The notes under the pieces were generated by a model. It had not been told where the DNA came from. It saw only the letters and a list, made by a program, of their open reading frames with translations, and did not search any database. Below, in pieces: positions 1 to 8,838 of a stretch of DNA of 45,247 nt; position 1 is the first letter of the stretch; the number at the start of each line of letters is the position of its first letter. The stretch spans positions 1 to 45,247 of the forward strand of contig SBAZ01000013.1 in NCBI GenBank assembly GCA_005239935.1, given 5' to 3'. This stretch comes from Planctomycetales bacterium. Its GTDB lineage: Bacteria > Omnitrophota > Gorgyraeia > Aquiviventales > Aquiviventaceae. A program made the translations under genes and the position numbers.

Positions 1-463
1 GCAGGATCGGCTCGCAGAGGCCCTTGTACTTGTTGTAGTCGGTAATCGGCACCAGCGGGTGGTCCTCGGTGACCTCCGCCGCGTCGCTGATCCCGTAGAC
101 GCTGCACGTGGACGCGTAAATGAACCGGCGGACCCCGGCGGCCTTGCTCAGTCGCACGAGCGGCTCGAACGCGTCGAAATTGATGGACCGGCTCAGCGCC
201 GGGTTCAGCTCGAAGCTAGGATCGTTCGAGATACAGGCGAGGTGGATGACCACGTCTACGCCCCTGAGTACCCGGCGCAGCAACGCCCGGTCGCGGATGT
301 CCCCCACCACCTGCTCGAGGCCGGGATCGTCCTTGACCCCCTCCAGCGCGTGGTCGCCGAAGAGATACAGGTCGAGGACCCGCACCCGGTGCCCCTGCCG
401 CAGCAGCTTGGGCACCATGGCGCTGCCGACGTAGCCGGCCCCGCCGGTGACGAGGATCGTCAT
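1..463 (-). CDS. NAD-dependent epimerase/dehydratase (extended SDR); C-terminal part lies outside the window
   Basis: Minus-strand translation from the ATG at 463..461 reads MTILVTGGAGYVGSAMVPKLLRQGHRVRVLDLY..., with a Rossmann GxxGxxG. The start overlaps the upstream stop as ATGA at 460-463. It is absent from the ORF track because no stop falls in the window. Confidence 0.8.
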   Translation of the reverse strand, partial: MTILVTGGAGYVGSAMVPKLLRQGHRVRVLDLYLFGDHALEGVKDDPGLEQVVGDIRDRALLRRVLRGVDVVIHLACISNDPSFELNPALSRSINFDAFEPLVRLSKAAGVRRFIYASTCSVYGISDAAEVTEDHPLVPITDYNKYKGLCEPIL

Positions 464-2028
464 TTCAGCAGCGCGGTCACATGCCGCTCGATGGCGTCCT
501 TGTGAAGGATGACGCGGTTGCCCAGATCGGCCACCGCCTGGGCGCCCGCGATGTTGGCCAGGAACGCCACAATGTCCCAGGGCGTCTGCCGGGCGACGAG
601 CAGCGAAGTGATCGCCAGTACCGCGTCCCCCGCGCCCACGCGGTCCGAGACGCGCGTTGCCAGCGCCGGCCCGGGCGTGAAGCCTTCGCCGACTCCGTAA
701 TGCAGCGTCCCGTCCTTGCCGCGGGTCACCGTGAACCGCGGGCAGTCGATCCGCTTGGCCACCTCCAGGAGCAGGTCCCGCTGGACCGCGTGTCGCATTC
801 GCGTCTCCAGCGCGATCTCGTACGCGTTGAGGCACACATAGTCGGCCCGGGAATACTTCGAGATCGTGTTGAGCCCGCGGTTGCCGGCGTTGGCCTGCGT
901 GTTCACGGCTAGGAACCGCGCGCGCCGACACAGGTGCGCGATCGCAGCCGGCGTCAGCATGCCATGCCCGTAGTCCGCGACGATGACCGGCGCCTGCCGG
1001 CCCATGACTTCGCCCAGCGTGCGGCGCAGCGCCTGCTCGTCGGTCGCGCTCGGCGGCTCGTCGTTCATGTAGTACAGCTCAAACATGCGCGCCCCAGTAT
1101 GGGTATCGACGAAACGGCGCTTCACGATCGTGGGGATCCCCCGTCGGCGCACAAGCCATGGGCTGACGCGCGGCGAGAGCGCCTGGCGGATGAACGGCTC
1201 CCGGCTGTCCGCCTCGCCCAGCACCGTGACCAGGTCCACCTGCGCGCAGAACCCGGCCAAGTGGTTTGCGACCGCGAGGCTGCCGCCGGCGTGCGCTTCC
1301 GTGCTGCGGAACTGGAACGCCAGGACCGGATCTTTGGTAGACTTGCCGAGCCCGTCGCAAAAGACGTACTCGTCGATGATGCTTTCGCCCACCACCAGCG
1401 GCCGAGCCGCCGAGGCGGCCTCGAGCGCGTCGAGGACCTGGTCGGCCGAATAACGCTTCCTGAAGGCCCGGAGCCATCGCTCGGCCTCAGGCGGGAGAAG
1501 ACTGAAGTGATCGTTCAACAACCGCGAGGAGCTGAAGGTGATATCGTCGGTAAACGCGATGCGACCCCCGTGCTGTTCCACCGCCTGGCGCTCAGCCTGA
1601 AGCGCCTGCAGGACCTCGCCCGTGACGCTGCGGTACTCGCCGCCCTTGCAATAGACGTCCGGCTTCAGCATCCCGATGGCCTCGACGGCCGACGGCCACC
1701 GGTTGATCGCCACATAGCTGACGGCGGTGAGCGCCGCGATGGCTTCGGCGCGCAGCCGCTGAGGGAACACCGGACGGTGCGAGCCTTTGTTCACGAAGTG
1801 GTCCGGCGTGACGGTCACGATGAGCAAGTCTCCGTGCCTCCGCGCGACCTCGAAGTGACGGATATGCCCAATGTGCAGCAGATCGAAGACCCCGTGGCAG
1901 TGCACGACCCGTTTGCCCTGGCGCCGTGCCCTGGCCAGCATCTCGGCCAGCTCCTCGAGGGTCAAGATCTTGTTCACCGTACCTTGCGGGCGCGACGGCG
2001 GCGTGGCTATGTCAGGCATGCGAACCAC
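460..2028 (-). CDS. Bifunctional cytidylyltransferase-like nucleotidyltransferase (N-terminal) / PfkB-family sugar kinase (C-terminal). HldE/RfaE-like with inverted domain order.
   Basis: N-terminal HxGH nucleotidyltransferase motif (VVHCHGVFDLLHIGHIRHF). C-terminal PfkB signature (DRVGAGDAVLA). 522 aa. An alternative ATG start lies at 2019. Confidence 0.75.
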   Translation of the reverse strand: MVRMPDIATPPSRPQGTVNKILTLEELAEMLARARRQGKRVVHCHGVFDLLHIGHIRHFEVARRHGDLLIVTVTPDHFVNKGSHRPVFPQRLRAEAIAALTAVSYVAINRWPSAVEAIGMLKPDVYCKGGEYRSVTGEVLQALQAERQAVEQHGGRIAFTDDITFSSSRLLNDHFSLLPPEAERWLRAFRKRYSADQVLDALEAASAARPLVVGESIIDEYVFCDGLGKSTKDPVLAFQFRSTEAHAGGSLAVANHLAGFCAQVDLVTVLGEADSREPFIRQALSPRVSPWLVRRRGIPTIVKRRFVDTHTGARMFELYYMNDEPPSATDEQALRRTLGEVMGRQAPVIVADYGHGMLTPAAIAHLCRRARFLAVNTQANAGNRGLNTISKYSRADYVCLNAYEIALETRMRHAVQRDLLLEVAKRIDCPRFTVTRGKDGTLHYGVGEGFTPGPALATRVSDRVGAGDAVLAITSLLVARQTPWDIVAFLANIAGAQAVADLGNRVILHKDAIERHVTALLK

Positions 2029-3002
2029 TCCTTCGTCGCTTCCGCGATCGTCTCAGGCGTCCAGACCGGCGCCCCGTCCCAGTGGTGGATTGCCTCGAGC
2101 ATGATCCGCACGCCGCGTTCGAAGGGCGTCCGCGGCTCCCAGCCCAACGCCTGCCGGATCTTCCCGATCGCCGCCCAGGTACAGTCCGGCTCCCCCGGCC
2201 GCTTGGGCAGGTGCACGACCGAGCCGCCGAGCAGCTCCACGAGCCGGTTGATGCTCTGCGGCGCGCCGCTCCCCACGTTCAGCGCCTCGCCGTGGAGTGT
2301 CGACCGTGCGGCGCCAAGCACGGCCTCGGCCACATCGCTGACGAACACGAAATCCCGTGTTTGGGCGCCACTCCCGACCACCGTCATGGGCTTGCCGGCC
2401 AGCTTCTGGGCCAGGAAGACTCCGAACACGGCACCGTACGCCCCGGACGTGCGGGAGCGCGGACCGTACACATTGAACAACCGCAATGAGACGGCGGGCA
2501 GCCGGTAGACCTGGCCCCAGTGGAACAGCACTTGCTCCGCCAGGTATTTCGCGGCCGCGTACGGATACTGCGGGCGGATGGCCGCAGTTTCAGGCGTCGG
2601 ATACACGTCCGGGATGCCGTAGCACGATGATGAGGCGGCGTACACGAACCGCGCGGCACCGGCCTGCCGCGCGGTCTCGAGCATCACGGTCGTCCCGGTG
2701 ACGTTGGCGTGGAAGTAGTCCAGCGGCCGCTGGATTGACGGCACGATATCGGCCAGCGCTGCAAGGTGGATGATCCAGTCATCCCGGCCCACGAGCCGGC
2801 TCATCGCCTCCGCGTCCGTGACGTCCGCCACTTCCACTGCCAACCGCGGGTCGCGGCGCACGTGTGTGAGGTTCTCCAGCCGACCGGTCGAGCAGTTGTC
2901 CACGACCAGCACGTGGTGGCCTTCACCCAGGAAGCGCTCCACGACATGGCTGCCGATGAACCCGGCCCCACCGGTGATCACGACCCGGGCCGCCACGCTC
3001 AT
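2007..3002 (-). CDS. NAD-dependent sugar epimerase/dehydratase (GalE-like extended SDR)
   Basis: [19 protein letters not shown]..., YPYAAAKY (YxxxK), LRLFNVYGPR. The start at 3002 was chosen because it forms an ATGA overlap with the wzt stop (2999-3002). The longer track ORF to 3044 adds only Gly/Arg-rich residues. Confidence 0.85.
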   Translation of the reverse strand: MSVAARVVITGGAGFIGSHVVERFLGEGHHVLVVDNCSTGRLENLTHVRRDPRLAVEVADVTDAEAMSRLVGRDDWIIHLAALADIVPSIQRPLDYFHANVTGTTVMLETARQAGAARFVYAASSSCYGIPDVYPTPETAAIRPQYPYAAAKYLAEQVLFHWGQVYRLPAVSLRLFNVYGPRSRTSGAYGAVFGVFLAQKLAGKPMTVVGSGAQTRDFVFVSDVAEAVLGAARSTLHGEALNVGSGAPQSINRLVELLGGSVVHLPKRPGEPDCTWAAIGKIRQALGWEPRTPFERGVRIMLEAIHHWDGAPVWTPETIAEATKEWFACLT

Positions 3003-4303
3003 CCCACCTGGGCCTCCAGGCACACGCCCTCTTCCACGCGCCATTCGTGGTCGAACAGCACATCGCCCTGGGTCCGACGGGGCAACGACCCAGACGGGTA
3101 ATACGCGCCGGGCGTCACTTCGAGCACGACCGCGTCATACACCGCATCCGAGAATCCGGATTCGGTGTTGCAGCCAAGGCTCAATCGATACAGTCCAGGG
3201 ACCAGTGGCAGTCGCGGAATGCGGCAGACCGCCACGCCGGCCCGCGTCAGTGGCACCGGCTCGGTGAGCGCGTCGTGGCTGCGGCAGGTCCCCAGGCGAT
3301 TGTTGTACAGGTTCGAGATCGTCACCATGAACGTGGCGTCCTGCACGCGCGCCGCGCCGGCCAGGTCATACTCCAGTTCGATGGTCAGCGGGTCGCCCGA
3401 GGCCAGCGTCCAGGTCTTACCACCGGTACGGTCGGTGACCGCCACGCTGGTCAGCCGCACGACGCCGCCCAGCGACCTCTTACGGCCCGGATGGTCCGCC
3501 AGCGGCAGCGCCCCGCGGCCCTGCCGCCGCTGCTCCTCGGAGACATCCGCCAGGTACCGGTCAATGCAGGCCTGAGTCGGGCCCACATACCGGACGCGCC
3601 CGCCGTCGAGCAGCACGCTGCGTGGGCAGAGCTTGCTCACCGCCTCCATGTTGTGGCTGACGAAGAGAATCGTCCGCCCATTCCCAGAGAGGTCGGACAT
3701 CGTGTTGAGGCACTTCAGCTGAAACGCCGCATCGCCCACCGCCAGAACCTCATCCACGAACAGGACCTCCGTGAGCAGGTGCGCCGCGACGGCGAAGCCG
3801 AGCCGCATGAACATGCCGCTTGAGTAGTGCTTGACCGGCGTGTCCATGAACGGCTCCACGCCCGCGAAGGCCACGATCTCGCCATAGCGCCGCGCAATCT
3901 CGGCCCGGCGCATGCCCAGCACCGCGCCGTTGAGGTAGACGTTCTCGCGCCCGGTCAGCTCGGGATGGAATCCGGTGCCCACCTCCAGCAGCGAGCCGAC
4001 CCGCCCGCGAATGCGCGCCCATCCCTCAGTCGGCTCAGTGATGCGCGAGAGGACCTTCAGGAGGGTGGTCTTACCAGAACCGTTGCGGCCGATCACCCCC
4101 ACCGCCTCGCCGCGACTGATTTCTAGCGCCACGTCCTTCAGCGCCCAGAGCCAGGCCCCGGGTGCGACGCCCTGTGGTGCGCTCCGCCGGTGTCCGGCAG
4201 CGAGCGCGTCGCGCAGCGTCCGGTACGCGGCGCCGCCGCCGAGCCGGTAGCGCTTACCCAGCCCCTCGGCACGGATGACCGGATCGTGCAGGCGGCTGCT
4301 CAT
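2999..4303 (-). CDS. wzt: Polysaccharide/O-antigen ABC exporter ATP-binding protein with a C-terminal carbohydrate-binding-type extension (Wzt-like)
   Basis: Walker A GRNGSGKTTLLK, ABC signature YSSGMFMRLGF, Walker B LFVDEVLAVGD. About 190 extra C-terminal residues resemble the Wzt_C beta-sandwich. The start at internal Met 4303 (MSSRLHDPVIRAEGLGKRY) lies 5 nt after the upstream stop. Confidence 0.85.
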   Translation of the reverse strand: MSSRLHDPVIRAEGLGKRYRLGGGAAYRTLRDALAAGHRRSAPQGVAPGAWLWALKDVALEISRGEAVGVIGRNGSGKTTLLKVLSRITEPTEGWARIRGRVGSLLEVGTGFHPELTGRENVYLNGAVLGMRRAEIARRYGEIVAFAGVEPFMDTPVKHYSSGMFMRLGFAVAAHLLTEVLFVDEVLAVGDAAFQLKCLNTMSDLSGNGRTILFVSHNMEAVSKLCPRSVLLDGGRVRYVGPTQACIDRYLADVSEEQRRQGRGALPLADHPGRKRSLGGVVRLTSVAVTDRTGGKTWTLASGDPLTIELEYDLAGAARVQDATFMVTISNLYNNRLGTCRSHDALTEPVPLTRAGVAVCRIPRLPLVPGLYRLSLGCNTESGFSDAVYDAVVLEVTPGAYYPSGSLPRRTQGDVLFDHEWRVEEGVCLEAQVG

Positions 4304-4307
4304 GACG

Positions 4308-5099
4308 TCACGCCGGGCGGCACAGCAGGTTGACGTGCCAGTGTTCATCCTCGCAGTGCGCTTCGACCTCGCCCATGGAGGCCCCCAGCGCCTCGACCAC
4401 GAAGGCCTGCCGCAGCCGCCGCAGAAACCCCGCCGGGTCGGCGCCGGCCCGGCGCAGGCAAAAGGGATGGAACTCCAAGACAATGACCGCGTCGCGCTGT
4501 GCCGCCAGCGTGTCGGCCGCCCCGGCCAGCGCCTGCGGCTCCGCGCCCTCGATGTCGAGCTTCACGATCAGGCCGCCCGCCGCGCCGCCGTGCGCCGCGA
4601 GGAACTCGTCCACCGTCGTGGCGCCGACGGTCAACTGTTCCGACACCGCGACCGCGTGCGAGGGCCGGCTCATGTCATGCAGACTGTGCAGGGTGGGCGC
4701 GGTCGTCGCATAGAAGGACCGTTCGCCCGGATGTTCCGCCACCGCCAGCGGCACCGGCGTGACGTTCGGGTAGCGGCGCACGTTCCGCGCCAGCAGCCGG
4801 AACACCTCCGGGTGCGGCTCGAACGCGAACACCCGCCCTGAAGGTCCCACAAGTGAGGCAAGGAGGCGCGCGAAGAAACCGAAACTCGCCCCCACGTCCA
4901 GCGCCGTCATGCCGCGCCGCACGAGCCGGCGACAGGCGCGGACCGTTTCGGCCTCGTATGTCCCGCGCACGATGCCCGCGCGCGTCCGCGGGCTCAGGGC
5001 GCCGAAGTGCCCGCCGAAATCCCACCCCTGTAGGCGGGCCATGCCGCGCACCAGCGCGTCATCGGCGGCCTGGGCGGCGCTGCGCAGCTCAGCCAGCAT
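4308..5099 (-). CDS. FkbM-family SAM-dependent methyltransferase
   Basis: ALDVGASFGFFARLL...VFAFEPHPEVFRLLARN...KLDIEGAEPQAL is the typical FkbM pattern. Start at the internal ATG 5099 (MLAELRS...); the track ORF extends to 5201 through Arg/Ser-rich sequence. Confidence 0.8.
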   Translation of the reverse strand: MLAELRSAAQAADDALVRGMARLQGWDFGGHFGALSPRTRAGIVRGTYEAETVRACRRLVRRGMTALDVGASFGFFARLLASLVGPSGRVFAFEPHPEVFRLLARNVRRYPNVTPVPLAVAEHPGERSFYATTAPTLHSLHDMSRPSHAVAVSEQLTVGATTVDEFLAAHGGAAGGLIVKLDIEGAEPQALAGAADTLAAQRDAVIVLEFHPFCLRRAGADPAGFLRRLRQAFVVEALGASMGEVEAHCEDEHWHVNLLCRPA

Positions 5100-6408
5100 C
5101 GCGCCCCCGCGCTTCTGCGGCCGCGAGCGCCCGCTCCGCCGGCCGCGGTGCGGCGACCCGGAAGAGCTCCGCTGCCGTGCGTTCGCAGACGGTGTCCGCA
5201 TACGAGTGCTCGAACGTGGCCCGGGCCCGCTGTTGCAGCCGATGTCGCAGCGGATGGTCAGACAGCGCGCGGATGATCTGGGTGACCAGGCCCGGGCCGT
5301 CGCCAGCCATCAGCACGTTATCCTCATGCACCAGCTCCGGCATGCCCGCGCGGTTGGCAGTATGCGAGACCACGCAACAGCCGTACGAAAGGGCGGACGC
5401 GATGCGGTTGCGGAAGCCGAGCGTGATGGGCGTCGGTACCAGCACGACATCCGCGGAAAGGAACTCCTCGTCCACCGACTCGACGAACCCGCGGATCTTC
5501 ACTTGGGGATCCCGCGCCGCCAGCCGCGCGAGACTCTGGGGCAGGCCGTCCGGACGTCCCACGAAGTGGAGCTGATACCGGTCCGGCCCCCAGCGGCGGT
5601 TGAGGCCGGGGATGATGTGCCGCACCGTCAGCCCGATGGCCGGGAGGTTCACCGGCGCGCCGAGCGGGCTCACCCAGAGGATCTTCCTCGGCCGGTCCTC
5701 CGGCGCCTCACACCGCAGGGCGCGCCAGCCGGGCCCGGCCGCGTCGGTCACCGGCGTCGCCAGGTACCGGCATGGTCTGCCGGAGATCCGCGCGTACCAC
5801 GCCGCGTGGTGCGCGGCCACGGCGCCGCTGGCCTGGCAGCGCCGGATCATCGCGGCCAGGTAGGGCACTTGCTCGCGCCGCATCTTCAAGACATTCGCCC
5901 CCCGCCACAACCACACGGTCCAGCGATCCCGGCCGAACGCGTACCGCCAGTCGTAATACGCGACTAGGTGCAATGGGTCGGTGAACAGCACCATCTTCGG
6001 CGTCCGGTCATAGTCATGCGCCAGCGCCAGGCCACCGTAGTGCAGCAGCAGGAGCACGTCCGGCATGAGCGCGTCCAGCCGCCGGTGCACCGCCGCCCAC
6101 GCAGGCCGGCTGGGAAAGTACGCCTCGACCGGCTGGCGGCGGAGCAGCCATGCGGCGCGAGCCAGGGCGGCGCGCGGGCGCGCCGCCGGCACCGGGAAGG
6201 TCTCAACCTCCGCGCCCAGGCGGCGCAGCGCCTGCACCTGCCGATCCACGCCCTCCCAGCCCGGCTGGACCGCGGCCAGCACACTGACGCGGTGGCCCTG
6301 CGCGAGCAACCAGTGGATCACCGCACTGCTCTTGATGAGCTGCCCCTGCAGGTCTGGCGCGTGGAACCCGAATGAGACCACCGCCACGTGATGCCGCATC
6401 ACGCTCAC
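5089..6408 (-). CDS. Glycosyltransferase, GT4-like (GT-B fold)
   Basis: The C-terminal block VVLVPTPITLGFRNRIASALSYGCCVVSHTANRAGMPELVHEDNVLMAGDGPGL is typical of a GT1/GT4 donor-binding region. GTG start at 6408 overlaps the upstream stop (GTGA). An alternative ATG lies at 6399. Confidence 0.75.
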   Translation of the reverse strand: MSVMRHHVAVVSFGFHAPDLQGQLIKSSAVIHWLLAQGHRVSVLAAVQPGWEGVDRQVQALRRLGAEVETFPVPAARPRAALARAAWLLRRQPVEAYFPSRPAWAAVHRRLDALMPDVLLLLHYGGLALAHDYDRTPKMVLFTDPLHLVAYYDWRYAFGRDRWTVWLWRGANVLKMRREQVPYLAAMIRRCQASGAVAAHHAAWYARISGRPCRYLATPVTDAAGPGWRALRCEAPEDRPRKILWVSPLGAPVNLPAIGLTVRHIIPGLNRRWGPDRYQLHFVGRPDGLPQSLARLAARDPQVKIRGFVESVDEEFLSADVVLVPTPITLGFRNRIASALSYGCCVVSHTANRAGMPELVHEDNVLMAGDGPGLVTQIIRALSDHPLRHRLQQRARATFEHSYADTVCERTAAELFRVAAPRPAERALAAAEARGRDAG

Positions 6409-7679
6409 CGGTCCGTGCCCTGCAGTGCGCCGACGCGCCGGGCGAGGAGCTGCTCAAACTCGGCGAGATACCTCGCGCAGACGACGCTGGGCGCGAACAC
6501 CTCCTCATAGATCCGACGGGCCGCGGCCTGCATCCTGCCGCGCAGCGCGCTGTCGCGGACCGCCTCGAGGATCCGCCGCCCGAGCCCGCGGCCGTCCGCG
6601 GCCAGCAGCACGTTGACCCCGTCCTGCAACTCCGGGTTGCCCAGTCGGCACGCTTCATGCGCGACCACGCAGCAGCCGTAGGAGAGCCCGGTCACGAGCC
6701 GCGTGCGCATCCCGACGCGGTGGGGGCTCGGCACGACGTACACATCCGCCGCGCGCAGCTCCGGCCCGAGGTCCTCAACGTGGCCGCGCAGCCGCACGGA
6801 CGGATGCGCACGCAACGCTCGCTCCTGGCGCGACGTGATGTCCTTCGCGCCGATGAAGTGCAGCTCAAAGCCGGTGCGACCCAGCGCCTGCTCGAGCTGC
6901 GGCAGCGCGCCGTCCAGCAGCAGCCGGATGCCGGTCCAGCCCGCCGTCCCGCCCAGGTGGCCCAGATGCACGATCCTCGGCGGTTCGCGAGGCGGCAGGC
7001 GCTGCCAGGGCTCATCCGGCGCCGGCGTCGGGATGTAGCTGCAGGGAATCCCGTGGCAGCGCAGCCACTCGGCATGCTGTGCCGCGGTCCACGTGACTGC
7101 GTCCACGCGCCGCAACGTGCTGAGCATCCACTGCGGCACGCGCCGCAACCGCATTGCCTCCAGGGCTGCCTGGAGCAGCGCTCGCGGCGAACCACCGCTG
7201 CTGAGCCGGGTGCGTACGACCAGGTGCGTCGGATCGCCGGGCAGGATGAGACGTGGAAGTTCTCGGACACTGCCTAGCGCAGCCGCCACGCCCCAGCCAA
7301 ACCCGAACAGGAGGTCATGCTCTGAGCCCAGCCGCCCGCAGAGCGCGGCCACCTGCTGCCGAATCAGCGGCACGTCATAGTAGCCCTCGTAGTCCTCCAG
7401 CCGCGGCGCCACGACGGCTCTGAGTCTCGCAAGGCGCCCAGGCCGCGCCGGCGCCGACGACCCGCCCTGCGGACGCACGACCCGCACGCCGGCGTCCTCG
7501 ATCGCGCGCAGCCACCGCCCGGCTGCACCATGCGTCGCCGGCGTCTCGGGACGCCCGGCCAAGATATACGTGACGTGATGCCCCTGTGCCGCCAGCTCGG
7601 TCGCCATGCACCAGAGATGCTGCCCCGCCCCGGTGATCGCAGGGCTAGGGATGACGTCACAGACGAAGCCGATGCGCAT
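6405..7679 (-). CDS. Glycosyltransferase, GT4-like; tandem paralogue of 5089..6408
   Basis: N-terminus MRIGFVCDVIPSPAITGAGQHLWCMATELAAQGHHVTYI. The C-terminal block VYVVPSPHRVGMRTRLVTGLSYGCCVVAHEACRLGNPELQDGVNVLLAADGRGL aligns residue by residue with the neighbouring glycosyltransferase. Confidence 0.75.
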   Translation of the reverse strand: MRIGFVCDVIPSPAITGAGQHLWCMATELAAQGHHVTYILAGRPETPATHGAAGRWLRAIEDAGVRVVRPQGGSSAPARPGRLARLRAVVAPRLEDYEGYYDVPLIRQQVAALCGRLGSEHDLLFGFGWGVAAALGSVRELPRLILPGDPTHLVVRTRLSSGGSPRALLQAALEAMRLRRVPQWMLSTLRRVDAVTWTAAQHAEWLRCHGIPCSYIPTPAPDEPWQRLPPREPPRIVHLGHLGGTAGWTGIRLLLDGALPQLEQALGRTGFELHFIGAKDITSRQERALRAHPSVRLRGHVEDLGPELRAADVYVVPSPHRVGMRTRLVTGLSYGCCVVAHEACRLGNPELQDGVNVLLAADGRGLGRRILEAVRDSALRGRMQAAARRIYEEVFAPSVVCARYLAEFEQLLARRVGALQGTDR

Positions 7680-7701
7680 GGGTCCTACGCCACCCTGAGG
7701 A

Positions 7702-8838
7702 TCAGACCGTAGCCTCCAGCCGCTGCACCGCCACGACCCAGGTGCGCATGGCGTGCGCGATCCGGCCGAAGTACGCCTTCACGTCCTGTGGCATGGTGGA
7801 CTTAGGCCAATCCTGGGCCTCCAGCCGGTCCGCCATTTCCAGGTACACATCTTCGTAGGTCGTGCCCCGGAGGGTCCAGCCGTCGATCGCCTGCCAGAGG
7901 GGGTCCGTCAGCTGGATGGACCAGAACTCGAGCTCGAGATCGCGCAGCAGCACGTGGAAGTTGCGCTGATGCAGGCAGGCCGGCAGACCGAACACCAGGC
8001 GGTCTCCCACGGCGTCGAGCGCCTTGCGAAGGAAGAAGCCGGACCAGATGTCGCCGTACCGCTCGACGACGAGCCCCCCGAGTTTCGCGGCGATGGGCAC
8101 GAAATACAGCGCCGGCAGCACGTCGCGGTGGAAGGCGGTGTTCTGGGTGTTGATGGGTGCCCAGGTGCCGGGTGCGAGCATCAGCCGCTCCTCGCGGACC
8201 TTGACCGTCTGCACCGGCTCGGCCAGCCGCGTGATCGAGTCCACATCCGGCTCCCCCAGCCACAGGCCAGCGTTGATCGCGACGCGGCCCTCGGTCATCC
8301 CGGTCTCGAGCCGCTCGTCCTTGGCCCAGCGCTTCGCGTACGGGAACCCGCGCGCGTACACGCGCCGCGCCGGCGCGGTCTCCATCATGTCGCAGGGATT
8401 GAACCACCCGGTGGAGCTGCGCACGGTCTTCAGGGTTAGGCGGGAGCCGACGATCGCATGCGCCGCATACCAGTCTTCTTGACCGACGAAATTGTCGTCG
8501 TCCACCGCCGCGAGGATCTCCGCGCCCTCTTCGGCGGCCATTAGGTAGCCGATGTTGCGCCGGTTGTCCGAATTGTAGGGAATCAGCGGCTTCAGATCCG
8601 GAAACCGGTCGAGGTAGCGCTCCTGGTCCGGCACGTCCACGTAGCGCGCCGCGAACCCCTGCGCCGTCACGCGGGCGGCCAGCTCCCGCACCGCGTCATG
8701 GGGCGTCTTGCGGTCGCCGATGATGATGGCGTTGACGCGGTCCAGGTGTCCGTACTTCGCGAAATTCTCGCGGTAGCCCTCCAGCAGGGACGGGACATTG
8801 ATGGTCGTCATCACGATTGTCAGGCGTGGAGCCGTCAT
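7702..8838 (-). CDS. GT75 / reversibly-glycosylated-polypeptide (RGP, UDP-arabinopyranose mutase) family protein
   Basis: Motifs match my recollection of plant RGP/UAM: AVDDDNFV (plant TIDDDCFV), YARGFPY (FVRGYPF), NAGLWLGEPDVDSITRL (SHGLWLNIPDYDAPTQL), RYGDIWSGFF (RYDDMWAGWC). 378 aa. ATGA overlap with the upstream stop at 8835-8838. Confidence 0.65.
   Translation of the reverse strand: MTAPRLTIVMTTINVPSLLEGYRENFAKYGHLDRVNAIIIGDRKTPHDAVRELAARVTAQGFAARYVDVPDQERYLDRFPDLKPLIPYNSDNRRNIGYLMAAEEGAEILAAVDDDNFVGQEDWYAAHAIVGSRLTLKTVRSSTGWFNPCDMMETAPARRVYARGFPYAKRWAKDERLETGMTEGRVAINAGLWLGEPDVDSITRLAEPVQTVKVREERLMLAPGTWAPINTQNTAFHRDVLPALYFVPIAAKLGGLVVERYGDIWSGFFLRKALDAVGDRLVFGLPACLHQRNFHVLLRDLELEFWSIQLTDPLWQAIDGWTLRGTTYEDVYLEMADRLEAQDWPKSTMPQDVKAYFGRIAHAMRTWVVAVQRLEATV

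Noticed and set aside
934-2508. Long plus-strand ORFs throughout the track, for example 934..2508, 9633..10877, 19120..20235, 28368..29729, 34127..36109 and 43878..45098.
   Set aside because: All are antisense to minus-strand genes with clear family motifs. Their translations are Arg/Pro/Ala/Gly-rich low-complexity sequence typical of shadow frames in high-GC DNA. None showed a recognisable motif.
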